A stretch of 64,000 nt of DNA, from the NCBI GenBank assembly GCA_003280965.1, contig QCDI01000001.1:96001-160000 (forward strand). The letters are read 5' to 3'. The translations under genes were made by a program, and so were the position numbers. The notes beneath the pieces are model-generated. The model saw only the letters and a list, made by a program, of their open reading frames with translations. It was not told where the DNA came from and made no database searches. Shown here piece by piece: positions 1 through 6,843 of this stretch. Each line of letters opens with the position of its first letter. Positions within the stretch are counted from its first letter, which is position 1. This stretch comes from Prochlorococcus sp. AG-355-B18 (GTDB taxonomy: Bacteria > Cyanobacteriota > Cyanobacteriia > PCC-6307 > Cyanobiaceae).

Positions 1-273
1 TACTGCCAAAAAACAAAACATCAAAGCTAATTCACCTGATAAAACTTTTCTTAAGGAGGCTTTATCTTTAATGGAACTACAAATAATCAATAAAAAACCT
101 ATTCCTAAATTACTAGCAGCTACAACATCTGCAGTACCTCTAACAAGAAGCAATGTTTCACTTGAAGCGTTGCCTGCAATAGTTTCCACTGAAAAAATTA
201 GTAGAGAAATAATTAACAACCCCAACAGGATATGAAGCGCTCCAGTAGTTTTTAAAATATTTTTTAACTTCAT
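1..273 (-). CDS. Hypothetical integral membrane protein, truncated by the left window edge
   Basis: Not in ORF track. ATG at 273-271, open to base 1: MKLKNILKTTGALHILLGLLIISLLIFSVETIAG...; several hydrophobic segments; start directly follows the ~49-bp repeat. Confidence 0.75.
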   Translation of the reverse strand, partial: MKLKNILKTTGALHILLGLLIISLLIFSVETIAGNASSETLLLVRGTADVVAASNLGIGFLLIICSSIKDKASLRKVLSGELALMFCFLAV

Positions 274-320
274 AAAAAAAGGAGCTTATTTCCCCCTTAT
301 TGTAGATCGACTGTCAAATT
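271..320 (-). repeat. ~49-bp intergenic repeat, copy 1
   Basis: Reverse complement AATTTGACAGTCGATCTACAATAAGGGGGAAATAAGCTCCTTTTTTTATG, near-identical to 4521-4569. Confidence 0.95.
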
Positions 321-371
321 AATCTGTTTAAAAATATCTACTGTTAATATGAATTAAATTTTTAAATTAAG

Positions 372-629
372 TTGGTTTACTTTAAGAGAGAGTTTATTAA
401 ATCCCTTAAAATAAAAGGCTCTATATTTTTAATTGTGATAATTATTGGATTTATTTACTCAAGTCCAAAGTCAAGGGTAATTATTGCAAATTCTTTTACT
501 TCTTCAGCCAAATTTTTAAATGAAACTGTCGAAACAAAAAATAAAGATAGTTGGTTTTCTGAACCAGATTTCGTATTCAGTATTAGGTTAAGATTACGAG
601 AATTTTTAAGAGGAACTCAAAGAGGTTGA
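372..629 (+). CDS. Small hypothetical protein with one predicted TM segment
   Basis: 85-aa ORF, TTG start uncertain; hydrophobic IFLIVIIIGFIY. Confidence 0.55.
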   Translation: MVYFKREFIKSLKIKGSIFLIVIIIGFIYSSPKSRVIIANSFTSSAKFLNETVETKNKDSWFSEPDFVFSIRLRLREFLRGTQRG

Positions 630-672
630 AAAAGAAATAATTGCCCCTTATTGTAGATCGACTGTCAATAAT
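629..672 (-). repeat. ~49-bp intergenic repeat, copy 2 (3' end diverged, no ATG)
   Basis: Reverse complement contains TTATTGACAGTCGATCTACAATAAGGGGCAATTATTTCTTTTT. Confidence 0.9.
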
Positions 673-782
673 TGAAGTCTTACGTTGACTTATATAGCTC
701 AAAAAAACGTCACATAGAGTTTGACGATTATGGAAAATTTAGACGAAATGCTGCTAAAACTTAAAAAGTTATTACTTATAAA

Positions 783-1052
783 ATGTTTTTAGGTGCATCT
801 GTATTTTTTATTGTTGGATTCCCGATTCTTGGAATATTTATTCTTCTGGCAATGATGCTAAACAAGTTAGATAGTATAAGTAGATCAAATAAATTACTTC
901 TTGCCTATATGGTTAATCCTGATTGTATGTTGGAGGCTACTAATTCCGATGTAGTTATTAGTAATGCAATGAAAGCGGCTAAAAAATATAAAGGTGAATC
1001 TGCACAAGTAAAAGAATTTTTTAACCAAATAAACCCACTTATTGTTTTTTAG
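783..1052 (+). CDS. Small hypothetical protein with N-terminal TM helix
   Basis: 89-aa ORF, ATG start, hydrophobic first ~26 residues. Confidence 0.7.
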   Translation: MFLGASVFFIVGFPILGIFILLAMMLNKLDSISRSNKLLLAYMVNPDCMLEATNSDVVISNAMKAAKKYKGESAQVKEFFNQINPLIVF

Positions 1053-1252
1053 TTCCCATTGGGAATAGTTCGGGAAGTGGTGTTTTGTTATTCATACCAA
1101 TAGATATAGTCCTATTCCTTCCCGATAGATAGAGATAGGGGTATTTTTTAGGAGCTATCTCTATGTCATGGGAACTAGGAACACTAAATTAGTTGATATA
1201 ACTACTGTTTGATGACTTCCCTATAGTATTTACTGGGTAATGATCGGGAACT
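1051..1252. repeat. Cluster of GGGAA/TTCCC repeats plus a 10-bp inverted repeat; candidate replication origin of the left element
   Basis: GGGAA at 1061, 1072, 1170, 1246; TTCCC at 1053, 1119, 1217; ATAGAGATAG 1129-1138 / CTATCTCTAT 1155-1164; located at the helicase 3' end. Confidence 0.5.
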
Positions 1253-2433
1253 GATAGTTTTTGTATATCTTTTGGATTTAAAGCATAAACACCTTTTTTA
1301 GGTCTTCTTAGCTTTTTACTATTAACCATATTGCCAAGCGTATTATCTACAGTTTTTCTTGCTGCGGAAGCAATATTAAATGCAGTAGTGACAATATCAG
1401 CCCTTCTTACTTCTGTTTGTCCTTGTTTATAGAAATCGCTCATAATTTCAAGAATTACATCATTGCAACTTCCCACTATTTCTTTATCGTCTTCTAGTAC
1501 CATTTCGCACTCTTCCAATCTATAAGTAACACGCCTTCTAGGATCTATATTTGCTGCTCTATCTTTCTTAAATTCAGCAGTTACCCCATTTTGTACCTTT
1601 GTATCTTCATCAATGTTTGGTTTTAAACTAATAACCATTGATGGTTCTTCAGCCCAACTTTTAGCCCCTGCATGAGCACCTCTAGCAGTTCCGTCATGGC
1701 TCAAAATTTCAATATGAGCATTATTAGGTACAGCAATAACGTCTCTTATGACCCTTATAAAATCTCTTACCTGTACATTATCTAAGTAGTTAAATGCACC
1801 AGAACTAATACTTTTTGCACTATCAATAACCACATAATCAATACCTTCATATTGGACAAAATTTTCTAATTTAATAATTCCATTGATATTTCCATACAAT
1901 GCCTGTTGTCCTTGTTTAGAGTCAAAACCCCATACAAATATTTTTTGTTCTTCACCTTCTTTCAATACAGCATCATTTTCAATTCCTAAGTCATACATGG
2001 CTTTTTTAAAAGTACTTACCCCACCATCTGTACAAATAAATAAACTTTTACCTTTTTTACATGGTGAACTTCTATCTAAAATATTTTCACCTTTTGCAAA
2101 TTTATAGGCTTTATATAATGCGTGGGTTGTTTTGCCAGAACCATAAGAACCATAGGTTAAAGAAACATCACCTTTTATTAACCACCCGTCCATTAAATAG
2201 GTAAGAGGTTCAACAGTTGTTAGGTCAATAGATTTTTTTAAAGCAGGTCTAAAATCTGACTTCATGTGATAAAAATATTTCATCACTTTTCTTGTTATTT
2301 GATCGTCAGAATATTTAAACCTTTGTTTTATCAAGCTATAAATTCTTGCTTCTTCATCTTCATCTACCTGTCTAATTGCAGCTAATAAATCATCAATTAA
2401 AAAGGTAATTTTCTCTTCTTCATAAGAGTTCAT
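1189..2433 (-). CDS. AAA_25 / RecA-fold (RepA-like) replicative helicase with probable C-terminal winged helix
   Basis: Walker A GSYGSGKT, Walker B VVIDS, ILSH and KDR motifs; C-terminal ...TVDNTLGNMV...LRRPKKGVY. Confidence 0.8.
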   Translation of the reverse strand: MNSYEEEKITFLIDDLLAAIRQVDEDEEARIYSLIKQRFKYSDDQITRKVMKYFYHMKSDFRPALKKSIDLTTVEPLTYLMDGWLIKGDVSLTYGSYGSGKTTHALYKAYKFAKGENILDRSSPCKKGKSLFICTDGGVSTFKKAMYDLGIENDAVLKEGEEQKIFVWGFDSKQGQQALYGNINGIIKLENFVQYEGIDYVVIDSAKSISSGAFNYLDNVQVRDFIRVIRDVIAVPNNAHIEILSHDGTARGAHAGAKSWAEEPSMVISLKPNIDEDTKVQNGVTAEFKKDRAANIDPRRRVTYRLEECEMVLEDDKEIVGSCNDVILEIMSDFYKQGQTEVRRADIVTTAFNIASAARKTVDNTLGNMVNSKKLRRPKKGVYALNPKDIQKLSVPDHYPVNTIGKSSNSSYIN

Positions 2434-2697
2434 TTAGACCCCCATTTTCTCATAGGAAGCAATCTTCTTGGCAGCTACATCTTCAGGTACATTTTCAGAT
2501 TCTTTTGTTTTATCAATCTGCCATTGTCGAATAGCTCTTACATTCCAAAGAACATTGCTCTTAGGTTTACCAGTTATATATAGCCAATGTTCACCAGCTA
2601 TAAATTCATTGGAGTTTTTAAGTTCCCATAATAAAGATTGGCTTACGCCAATAAGTTCTGATGTCTTTGCGACACCATGCCATTCAGTTAAGTTCAT
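2434..2697 (-). CDS. Excisionase-like (MerR/AlpA-type HTH) DNA-binding protein
   Basis: Likely start MNLTEW at 2697; HTH-like VAKTSELIGVSQSLLWELK; abuts helicase via TAAATG; resembles 9847-10107. Confidence 0.65.
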   Translation of the reverse strand: MNLTEWHGVAKTSELIGVSQSLLWELKNSNEFIAGEHWLYITGKPKSNVLWNVRAIRQWQIDKTKESENVPEDVAAKKIASYEKMGV

Positions 2698-3058
2698 TAG
2701 ATTAGTTATGTAATATCGGTAGCCCTTGCACAACTAACTCTTTGCCCGAACACACAGTAAATAAGTAGAGGAGTTTTCAGTTGATAGTTCGGTGGCGTTA
2801 AAACGCTAGCTGATTCTGACGGAACTCTTGCCCCCTTCTTTTTCCGATTTAACGGGAGGTTCTTTAAGACAAGTCGATCGCTACGAAGCCCCTCTGATGA
2901 CTTCTTTCTATTCAATATTATTAGGCAATAATTTAGAACTGTCTAGAAGTTTGTGGGAAAGGCAAGAAGCATAGGGGTATACCCGTTAGATATAGTCCAG
3001 TTTCTTTTACTAGCTATCCCATTCTTATCCCACAACCAAAATTTAAAATTCAAAGCAA

Positions 3059-3085
3059 TAAAAAAGAGAGTCTGGGTAACTCTCT
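3059..3085 (-). terminator. Intrinsic terminator downstream of the tRNA-Pro 3' fragment
   Basis: Minus strand AGAGAGT-TACCCAG-ACTCTCT followed by a T run. Confidence 0.6.
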
Positions 3086-3107
3086 AGTATAACTTGGTTT
3101 TTAAGAG

Positions 3108-3153
3108 TCGGGGCGACAGGATTCGAACCTGCGACCTAGTGCTCCCAAAGCAC
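3108..3153 (-). repeat. att site: 46-bp duplicate of tRNA-Pro 3' end
   Basis: TCGGGGCGACAGGATTCGAACCTGCGACCTAGTGCTCCCAAAGCAC identical to 10693-10738. Confidence 0.97.
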
Positions 3154-3200
3154 TGGACACCCCTAGATGAGCACTGGTGTTACAAGCTATAGCTAATTAA

Positions 3201-3265
3201 TTGCGTAGTATTGCGTAATTTGTATAGACAAACTATTATAAATATGACATAAATATGACATAAAT
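3201..3265. promoter_or_regulatory. Putative integrase arm-type / RDF binding repeats, left end
   Basis: TTGCGTA at 3201 and 3211; TAAATATGACA at 3239 and 3250; both motifs recur at 10595-10657. Confidence 0.65.
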
Positions 3266-3269
3266 TTAA

Positions 3270-4520
3270 ATGATTGATTGGACTGCTAGTTTACAAAAAA
3301 GAGCCAGGAAAATTGCAAGAGAATGTGGCTTAGTTGGTCTTACTCTTATAAAGAATGGTAAGAAGGCACAAGTTAAATATAGAAAGGCTGAAGGTTCAAA
3401 AGTTATATCTCAGGAAACAGTAATGCTTGAACATGAGTGGATTCAAGCTAATGAAGATGATATTTACACCAGATTCAGAAATATATGCAAATTAATGGGA
3501 GAAAGTGGTCATAACTTAAAAGCTGCTGCTGTTATTGCTAAAGGTAATGCACCAAAAGAAGGAAAAGATTGGAAGAATATATTAGAAAGTTTTAAAGATC
3601 AGAAAACCAACTTTGGTAATGCAATAGCTGAGAAGACTTGGAAGAAAGATTATAAGTCTTGCGTAATGGCTGTAGAAGTTATGGCTCAAAAGAATCCTCC
3701 TACTAATGCAGCAGATTTAATAGATGTATGTTTAAAAGATTTTGATGCTGGTAGTAGAACAAGACAGATAAGAGCTAGAGCATTAAGTCAGTTTTTAACT
3801 CATGCAGTTACTAGAGAGAATCTTCCTGATACTTGGCTACCTCCAAAAGATTTAAAACAACATATTGGAAGGGCTAAAAAAGGAGAACTTAAAACCCAGA
3901 AGGGCGACCCATTTAGTGAAGATACCCAAATATTAGATTTATTGGCATCATTACCAACCAATGCAGAATTTAAGCGTGATTCTGAATCTGCTACTAAATG
4001 GTTTAATGCTCTTTGCATGATGAGTGAATTAGGTTTAAGACCTAATGAAGTTGGGAAGATGGTTGTTAAAAAAGACCCAGCTACTAAAGAATATTATTGG
4101 TGGTGTACTTATGAGAAGAAAGCTGGTGGTGGTACAACTAAACCTAGAAAAGTTGAGCCATTACCTCTAATAGATAGAGACGGAAAAGAAGTTCAATGGA
4201 ATTTATTAGAAAGATTTAGAAGTAACCTACTTCCATTACCAGAGAAGATGGATGGAGAATCTTGTAAGGATTATTTAAGTAGAAGGCAAGGTTGGAAAGA
4301 TTTAAAAGAAATGATGCTAAAGAAAGAAGGTGCAAATATTGTTCCTTATTCATTCAGGCATTACTACAGCCTTCGAGGTCATATTGCAGGCATTGATTCT
4401 GGAAGTATGGCTAAGAGCATGGGGCATTCAATAGAAGCCCACCATAGAAACTATCCTTATTCTTCAGAAGCAAGTACTACTAACGCATTTAAAAGAGCTA
4501 GAGAAAGAGCTACGGCTTAA
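3270..4520 (+). CDS. Tyrosine recombinase / site-specific integrase
   Basis: Catalytic pattern LGLRPNE ... YSFRH ... MGHS ... HHRNY; 416 aa; adjacent to att site. Confidence 0.9.
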   Translation: MIDWTASLQKRARKIARECGLVGLTLIKNGKKAQVKYRKAEGSKVISQETVMLEHEWIQANEDDIYTRFRNICKLMGESGHNLKAAAVIAKGNAPKEGKDWKNILESFKDQKTNFGNAIAEKTWKKDYKSCVMAVEVMAQKNPPTNAADLIDVCLKDFDAGSRTRQIRARALSQFLTHAVTRENLPDTWLPPKDLKQHIGRAKKGELKTQKGDPFSEDTQILDLLASLPTNAEFKRDSESATKWFNALCMMSELGLRPNEVGKMVVKKDPATKEYYWWCTYEKKAGGGTTKPRKVEPLPLIDRDGKEVQWNLLERFRSNLLPLPEKMDGESCKDYLSRRQGWKDLKEMMLKKEGANIVPYSFRHYYSLRGHIAGIDSGSMAKSMGHSIEAHHRNYPYSSEASTTNAFKRARERATA

Positions 4521-4569
4521 TAATTGACAGTCGATCTACAATAAGGGGGAATTAGCTCCTTTTTTTATG
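4521..4569 (+). repeat. ~49-bp intergenic repeat, copy 3
   Basis: TAATTGACAGTCGATCTACAATAAGGGGGAATTAGCTCCTTTTTTTATG; fills the gap from integrase stop to next ATG. Confidence 0.95.
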
Positions 4570-4845
4570 TCTCTTGAAACTACTGTTTTTACATTCAAAA
4601 TTAGTGTCCCTTATGAAGAATGGGCTGCTGTTTATGACAGTGAAGAAAATATAAAAATGATGAAAGAAACTGGAATGACATGCTTATACAAAGGTGTAAA
4701 TAAAGATGATCCAACCAGTGTAATTGTCATTGAGCAGGGTGAAGAAGGTAAAGCAATAGCTATGTTTAAAGATCCAGAAGTTAAACCTTTAATTGAGAGT
4801 GCAGGTCATATTTATGATTCGACTGTTATATCAAGCTACTTTTAA
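4567..4845 (+). CDS. DUF3764-like small protein
   Basis: ETTVFTFKIS..EEW...D, LYKGVNKDDP..VIVIEQ, IESAGHIYDSTVI match my recollection of this Prochlorococcus island family. Confidence 0.8.
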   Translation: MSLETTVFTFKISVPYEEWAAVYDSEENIKMMKETGMTCLYKGVNKDDPTSVIVIEQGEEGKAIAMFKDPEVKPLIESAGHIYDSTVISSYF

Positions 4846-4892
4846 TTGACAGTCAATCTAAAATAAAGGGCAATTAGCTCCTTTTTTTTATG
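4843..4892 (+). repeat. ~49-bp intergenic repeat, copy 4
   Basis: TAATTGACAGTCAATCTAAAATAAAGGGCAATTAGCTCCTTTTTTTTATG; first TAA is the upstream stop, last ATG the downstream start. Confidence 0.95.
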
Positions 4893-5180
4893 GAAGCAAT
4901 AGTTATATTATTTTTTTTAGTTCCAATTTTATTTATTGTTTTTCTTGTTTCAGACCCTTTTAAACGTCAACGAGAATTGGCTGCTAATAGAAAGTGGGAT
5001 GGATGGATTAAGGACAGCAAAAAAAATCCTAAGACTTTTTATAAACTTACAAAAGAAGAACAATTGAGTATGGCAAGGTCAAATAGATACGGAACAAATG
5101 AACAAATTGGGAAAAGAGGTGGAAGATATGAAACAAGATATTCTAAAAAAACTGGTAAACCATATAGACATTATTTTTAA
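4890..5180 (+). CDS. Small membrane-anchored basic hypothetical protein
   Basis: N-terminal TM helix; basic C-terminus GKRGGRYETRYSKKTGKPYRHYF. Confidence 0.75.
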   Translation: MEAIVILFFLVPILFIVFLVSDPFKRQRELAANRKWDGWIKDSKKNPKTFYKLTKEEQLSMARSNRYGTNEQIGKRGGRYETRYSKKTGKPYRHYF

Positions 5181-5197
5181 ATGAAACGCTTACTACT
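5175..5197 (+). repeat. 23-bp direct repeat, copy A
   Basis: TTTTAAATGAAACGCTTACTACT identical to 5595-5617. Confidence 0.92.
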
Positions 5198-5600
5198 CCC
5201 ACTAATAGCAGCCCTCGCTTTACCTACTGCTGTTAATGCTGAAACTTTTTATTTAAAATGCACAACCTTAAAAGGTAGAGGAAATCCTGATAAGCCATTT
5301 AAAACCTTTGCAGATCCAACAGTTGATAATCACCAATTCACATTAAATGAAGATAATCAATCTGCGGTTTACTACCTTGCTGAAAAAGGCACTTCTATAA
5401 AAATAGATAATGTCAACTTCAACCAAGAAAGCATTGATATGAGTTATAAATCAGGAAAAAATTTCTCAGGAGATACTTTTAAGACTATTTCGATTAATAG
5501 ACTAACTGGAGGATTAGTCATGGAATCTGATTTAGGTTTTCAAGTAATGAGGTTTGAGGGTCAATGTAAAAAATCAGAGCCAAAGAAAACTTTGTTTTAA
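5181..5600 (+). CDS. Secreted hypothetical protein with MKRLLL-type signal peptide
   Basis: Signal peptide MKRLLLPLIAALALPTAVNA; two Cys near the ends of the mature part; INRLTG motif. Confidence 0.8.
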   Translation: MKRLLLPLIAALALPTAVNAETFYLKCTTLKGRGNPDKPFKTFADPTVDNHQFTLNEDNQSAVYYLAEKGTSIKIDNVNFNQESIDMSYKSGKNFSGDTFKTISINRLTGGLVMESDLGFQVMRFEGQCKKSEPKKTLF

Positions 5601-5617
5601 ATGAAACGCTTACTACT
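5595..5617 (+). repeat. 23-bp direct repeat, copy B (starts a MKRLLLA* stub, 5601-5624)
   Basis: Identical to 5175-5197; offset 420 bp equals the length of gene 5181-5600. Confidence 0.92.
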
Positions 5618-5622
5618 TGCAT

Positions 5623-5656
5623 AAAAAAGAGGGTAAAGCTGCACCAAAACCCTCTT
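5623..5656 (-). terminator. Terminator-like hairpin
   Basis: AAGAGGGT 5627-5634 / ACCCTCTT 5649-5656; T run follows on the minus strand. Confidence 0.55.
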
Positions 5657-5896
5657 GAATACCACACCGTCAAAATCCAATGGCTACATTGAAGTGACTC
5701 ACTTTTATGATAGCTAGAATATTATTTTTGTAGTATAATTTCAATAATTAAATATTATTTAGTGACTTTAAATAAACAAATTAAATATAAACAATTTAAC
5801 GAAGTTTATCAAGTCAAAGCCTGCAAAGTTGGGCAACTATATGATACTTTATCCAACCCACAAGCTAGAAGATTAATTAAGGAGGTTTCCTAAAAG

Positions 5897-6292
5897 ATGG
5901 ATTTAAACGAATTAATTGATAAAACCCACTTCGATTATGAACAAAACGAAACAAAAGCAAAGCAGTTAGAAGAACGAATTTTGAAAGTGCCTGGAATGTT
6001 AAAAGAGTATCTTCCTAAGAGAAAATATGGGGAAAATTATAAAGGCGACCAACTAGGTGTAACTGCATCATCTTTAATAGTTAAAGGAGATAAAGCCCTA
6101 GCAGCTTTCTTAGGACTTGACCTTAATTATTGGAAAGAAAAAGCAAAAGCTGAAGAAGAACGTGAAGCCTACTTAACCGCCTTTAAAGAAAAGACAGAAG
6201 CACTAAGACAAAAGAATCAGGAACAAAGAATGGCTAGAGAAAAAAGAACTATATGGAATCAAACTCATGGTGTAGATCAAAGGAGGTTTTAA
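5897..6292 (+). CDS. Hypothetical protein with charged coiled-coil C-terminus
   Basis: 131-aa ORF, strong AAGGAGG RBS at 5879-5885; first gene of a tightly coupled operon. Confidence 0.8.
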   Translation: MDLNELIDKTHFDYEQNETKAKQLEERILKVPGMLKEYLPKRKYGENYKGDQLGVTASSLIVKGDKALAAFLGLDLNYWKEKAKAEEEREAYLTAFKEKTEALRQKNQEQRMAREKRTIWNQTHGVDQRRF

Positions 6293-6631
6293 ATGCGTTT
6301 TGCAAGACAGCACCCTTATTACGGTTGGTTGTTTTTAGAACCTGCCGATTATCGAAGGATATATAACCAACTTATTCAAATGAGAGATGCAGATATAAAG
6401 AAGGGGGATAACTCCTCAGGGTTTCCCTCTGGTTTTCCTGAGTGGTGTGAAGATGATATTAAAGAATTAGCCAAAGAAGATAAATATAAAAAACGCATAG
6501 CTACCCACTTAGAGCAATTAAAAATTTCTATTGAAAATAGAAGAAGAGAACTTGCTAACACCTACCTAGCTGAAGAACTTAAAAAGATGGAAACCAAATC
6601 TGAATTTATAGAAAGTTTAGTAGGTTCTTAA
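6293..6631 (+). CDS. Hypothetical protein
   Basis: 112-aa ORF abutting upstream gene (TAAATG). Confidence 0.75.
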   Translation: MRFARQHPYYGWLFLEPADYRRIYNQLIQMRDADIKKGDNSSGFPSGFPEWCEDDIKELAKEDKYKKRIATHLEQLKISIENRRRELANTYLAEELKKMETKSEFIESLVGS

Positions 6632-6843
6632 TGCACACAGATAAACCAACTATTTCTTTAGAGGTTCAAGCCTTATCAGAATGTTTAAAGGTTATCGCAG
6701 AAAATGATTACACCTATACAGCGTGTCCTTTGACCATCTCCCTTTTTGCTACTTCTTGGGTCTGGACTTGTAGAGATATTATGGAGAACTATTTATGGCC
6801 AGCAGAAGATTTATTGGAGCTACAACATGGCGATAGTAAGTAG
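6631..6843 (+). CDS. Hypothetical protein
   Basis: 70-aa ORF, TAATG overlap with upstream stop. Confidence 0.65.
   Translation: MHTDKPTISLEVQALSECLKVIAENDYTYTACPLTISLFATSWVWTCRDIMENYLWPAEDLLELQHGDSK

Larger units (their letters stand above)
1..3107. mobile_element. Second (older) integrative element in tandem at tRNA-Pro, partial
   Basis: Lies immediately beyond the duplicated tRNA 3' end; xis-like gene, helicase, origin-like repeats, cargo; left boundary and integrase not in window. Confidence 0.6.

Noticed and set aside
2894..2910. CTGATGA as a hammerhead ribozyme core
   Set aside because: No stem II followed by GAAA in the required arrangement
2706..2915. 69-aa ORF upstream of left xis
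   Set aside because: Non-ATG start, atypical composition, overlaps a region better explained as a structured leader
3108..3153. Second functional tRNA-Pro
   Set aside because: Only the 3' 46 nt are present; D-arm and 5' acceptor strand are missing
4524..4542. TTGACA and TACAAT in the repeat as a sigma70 -35/-10 pair
   Set aside because: Only 7 nt apart, far from ~17 nt; TACAAT alone may still act as a -10
271..4892. ~49-bp repeats as a CRISPR array
   Set aside because: Copies are separated by whole genes, lie in two orientations, and no cas genes are present
4521..4892. Classical integron attC sites
   Set aside because: No RYYYAAC...GTTRRRY boxes or long imperfect palindrome visible; the integrase sits at a tRNA att with arm-type repeats like a phage-type enzyme
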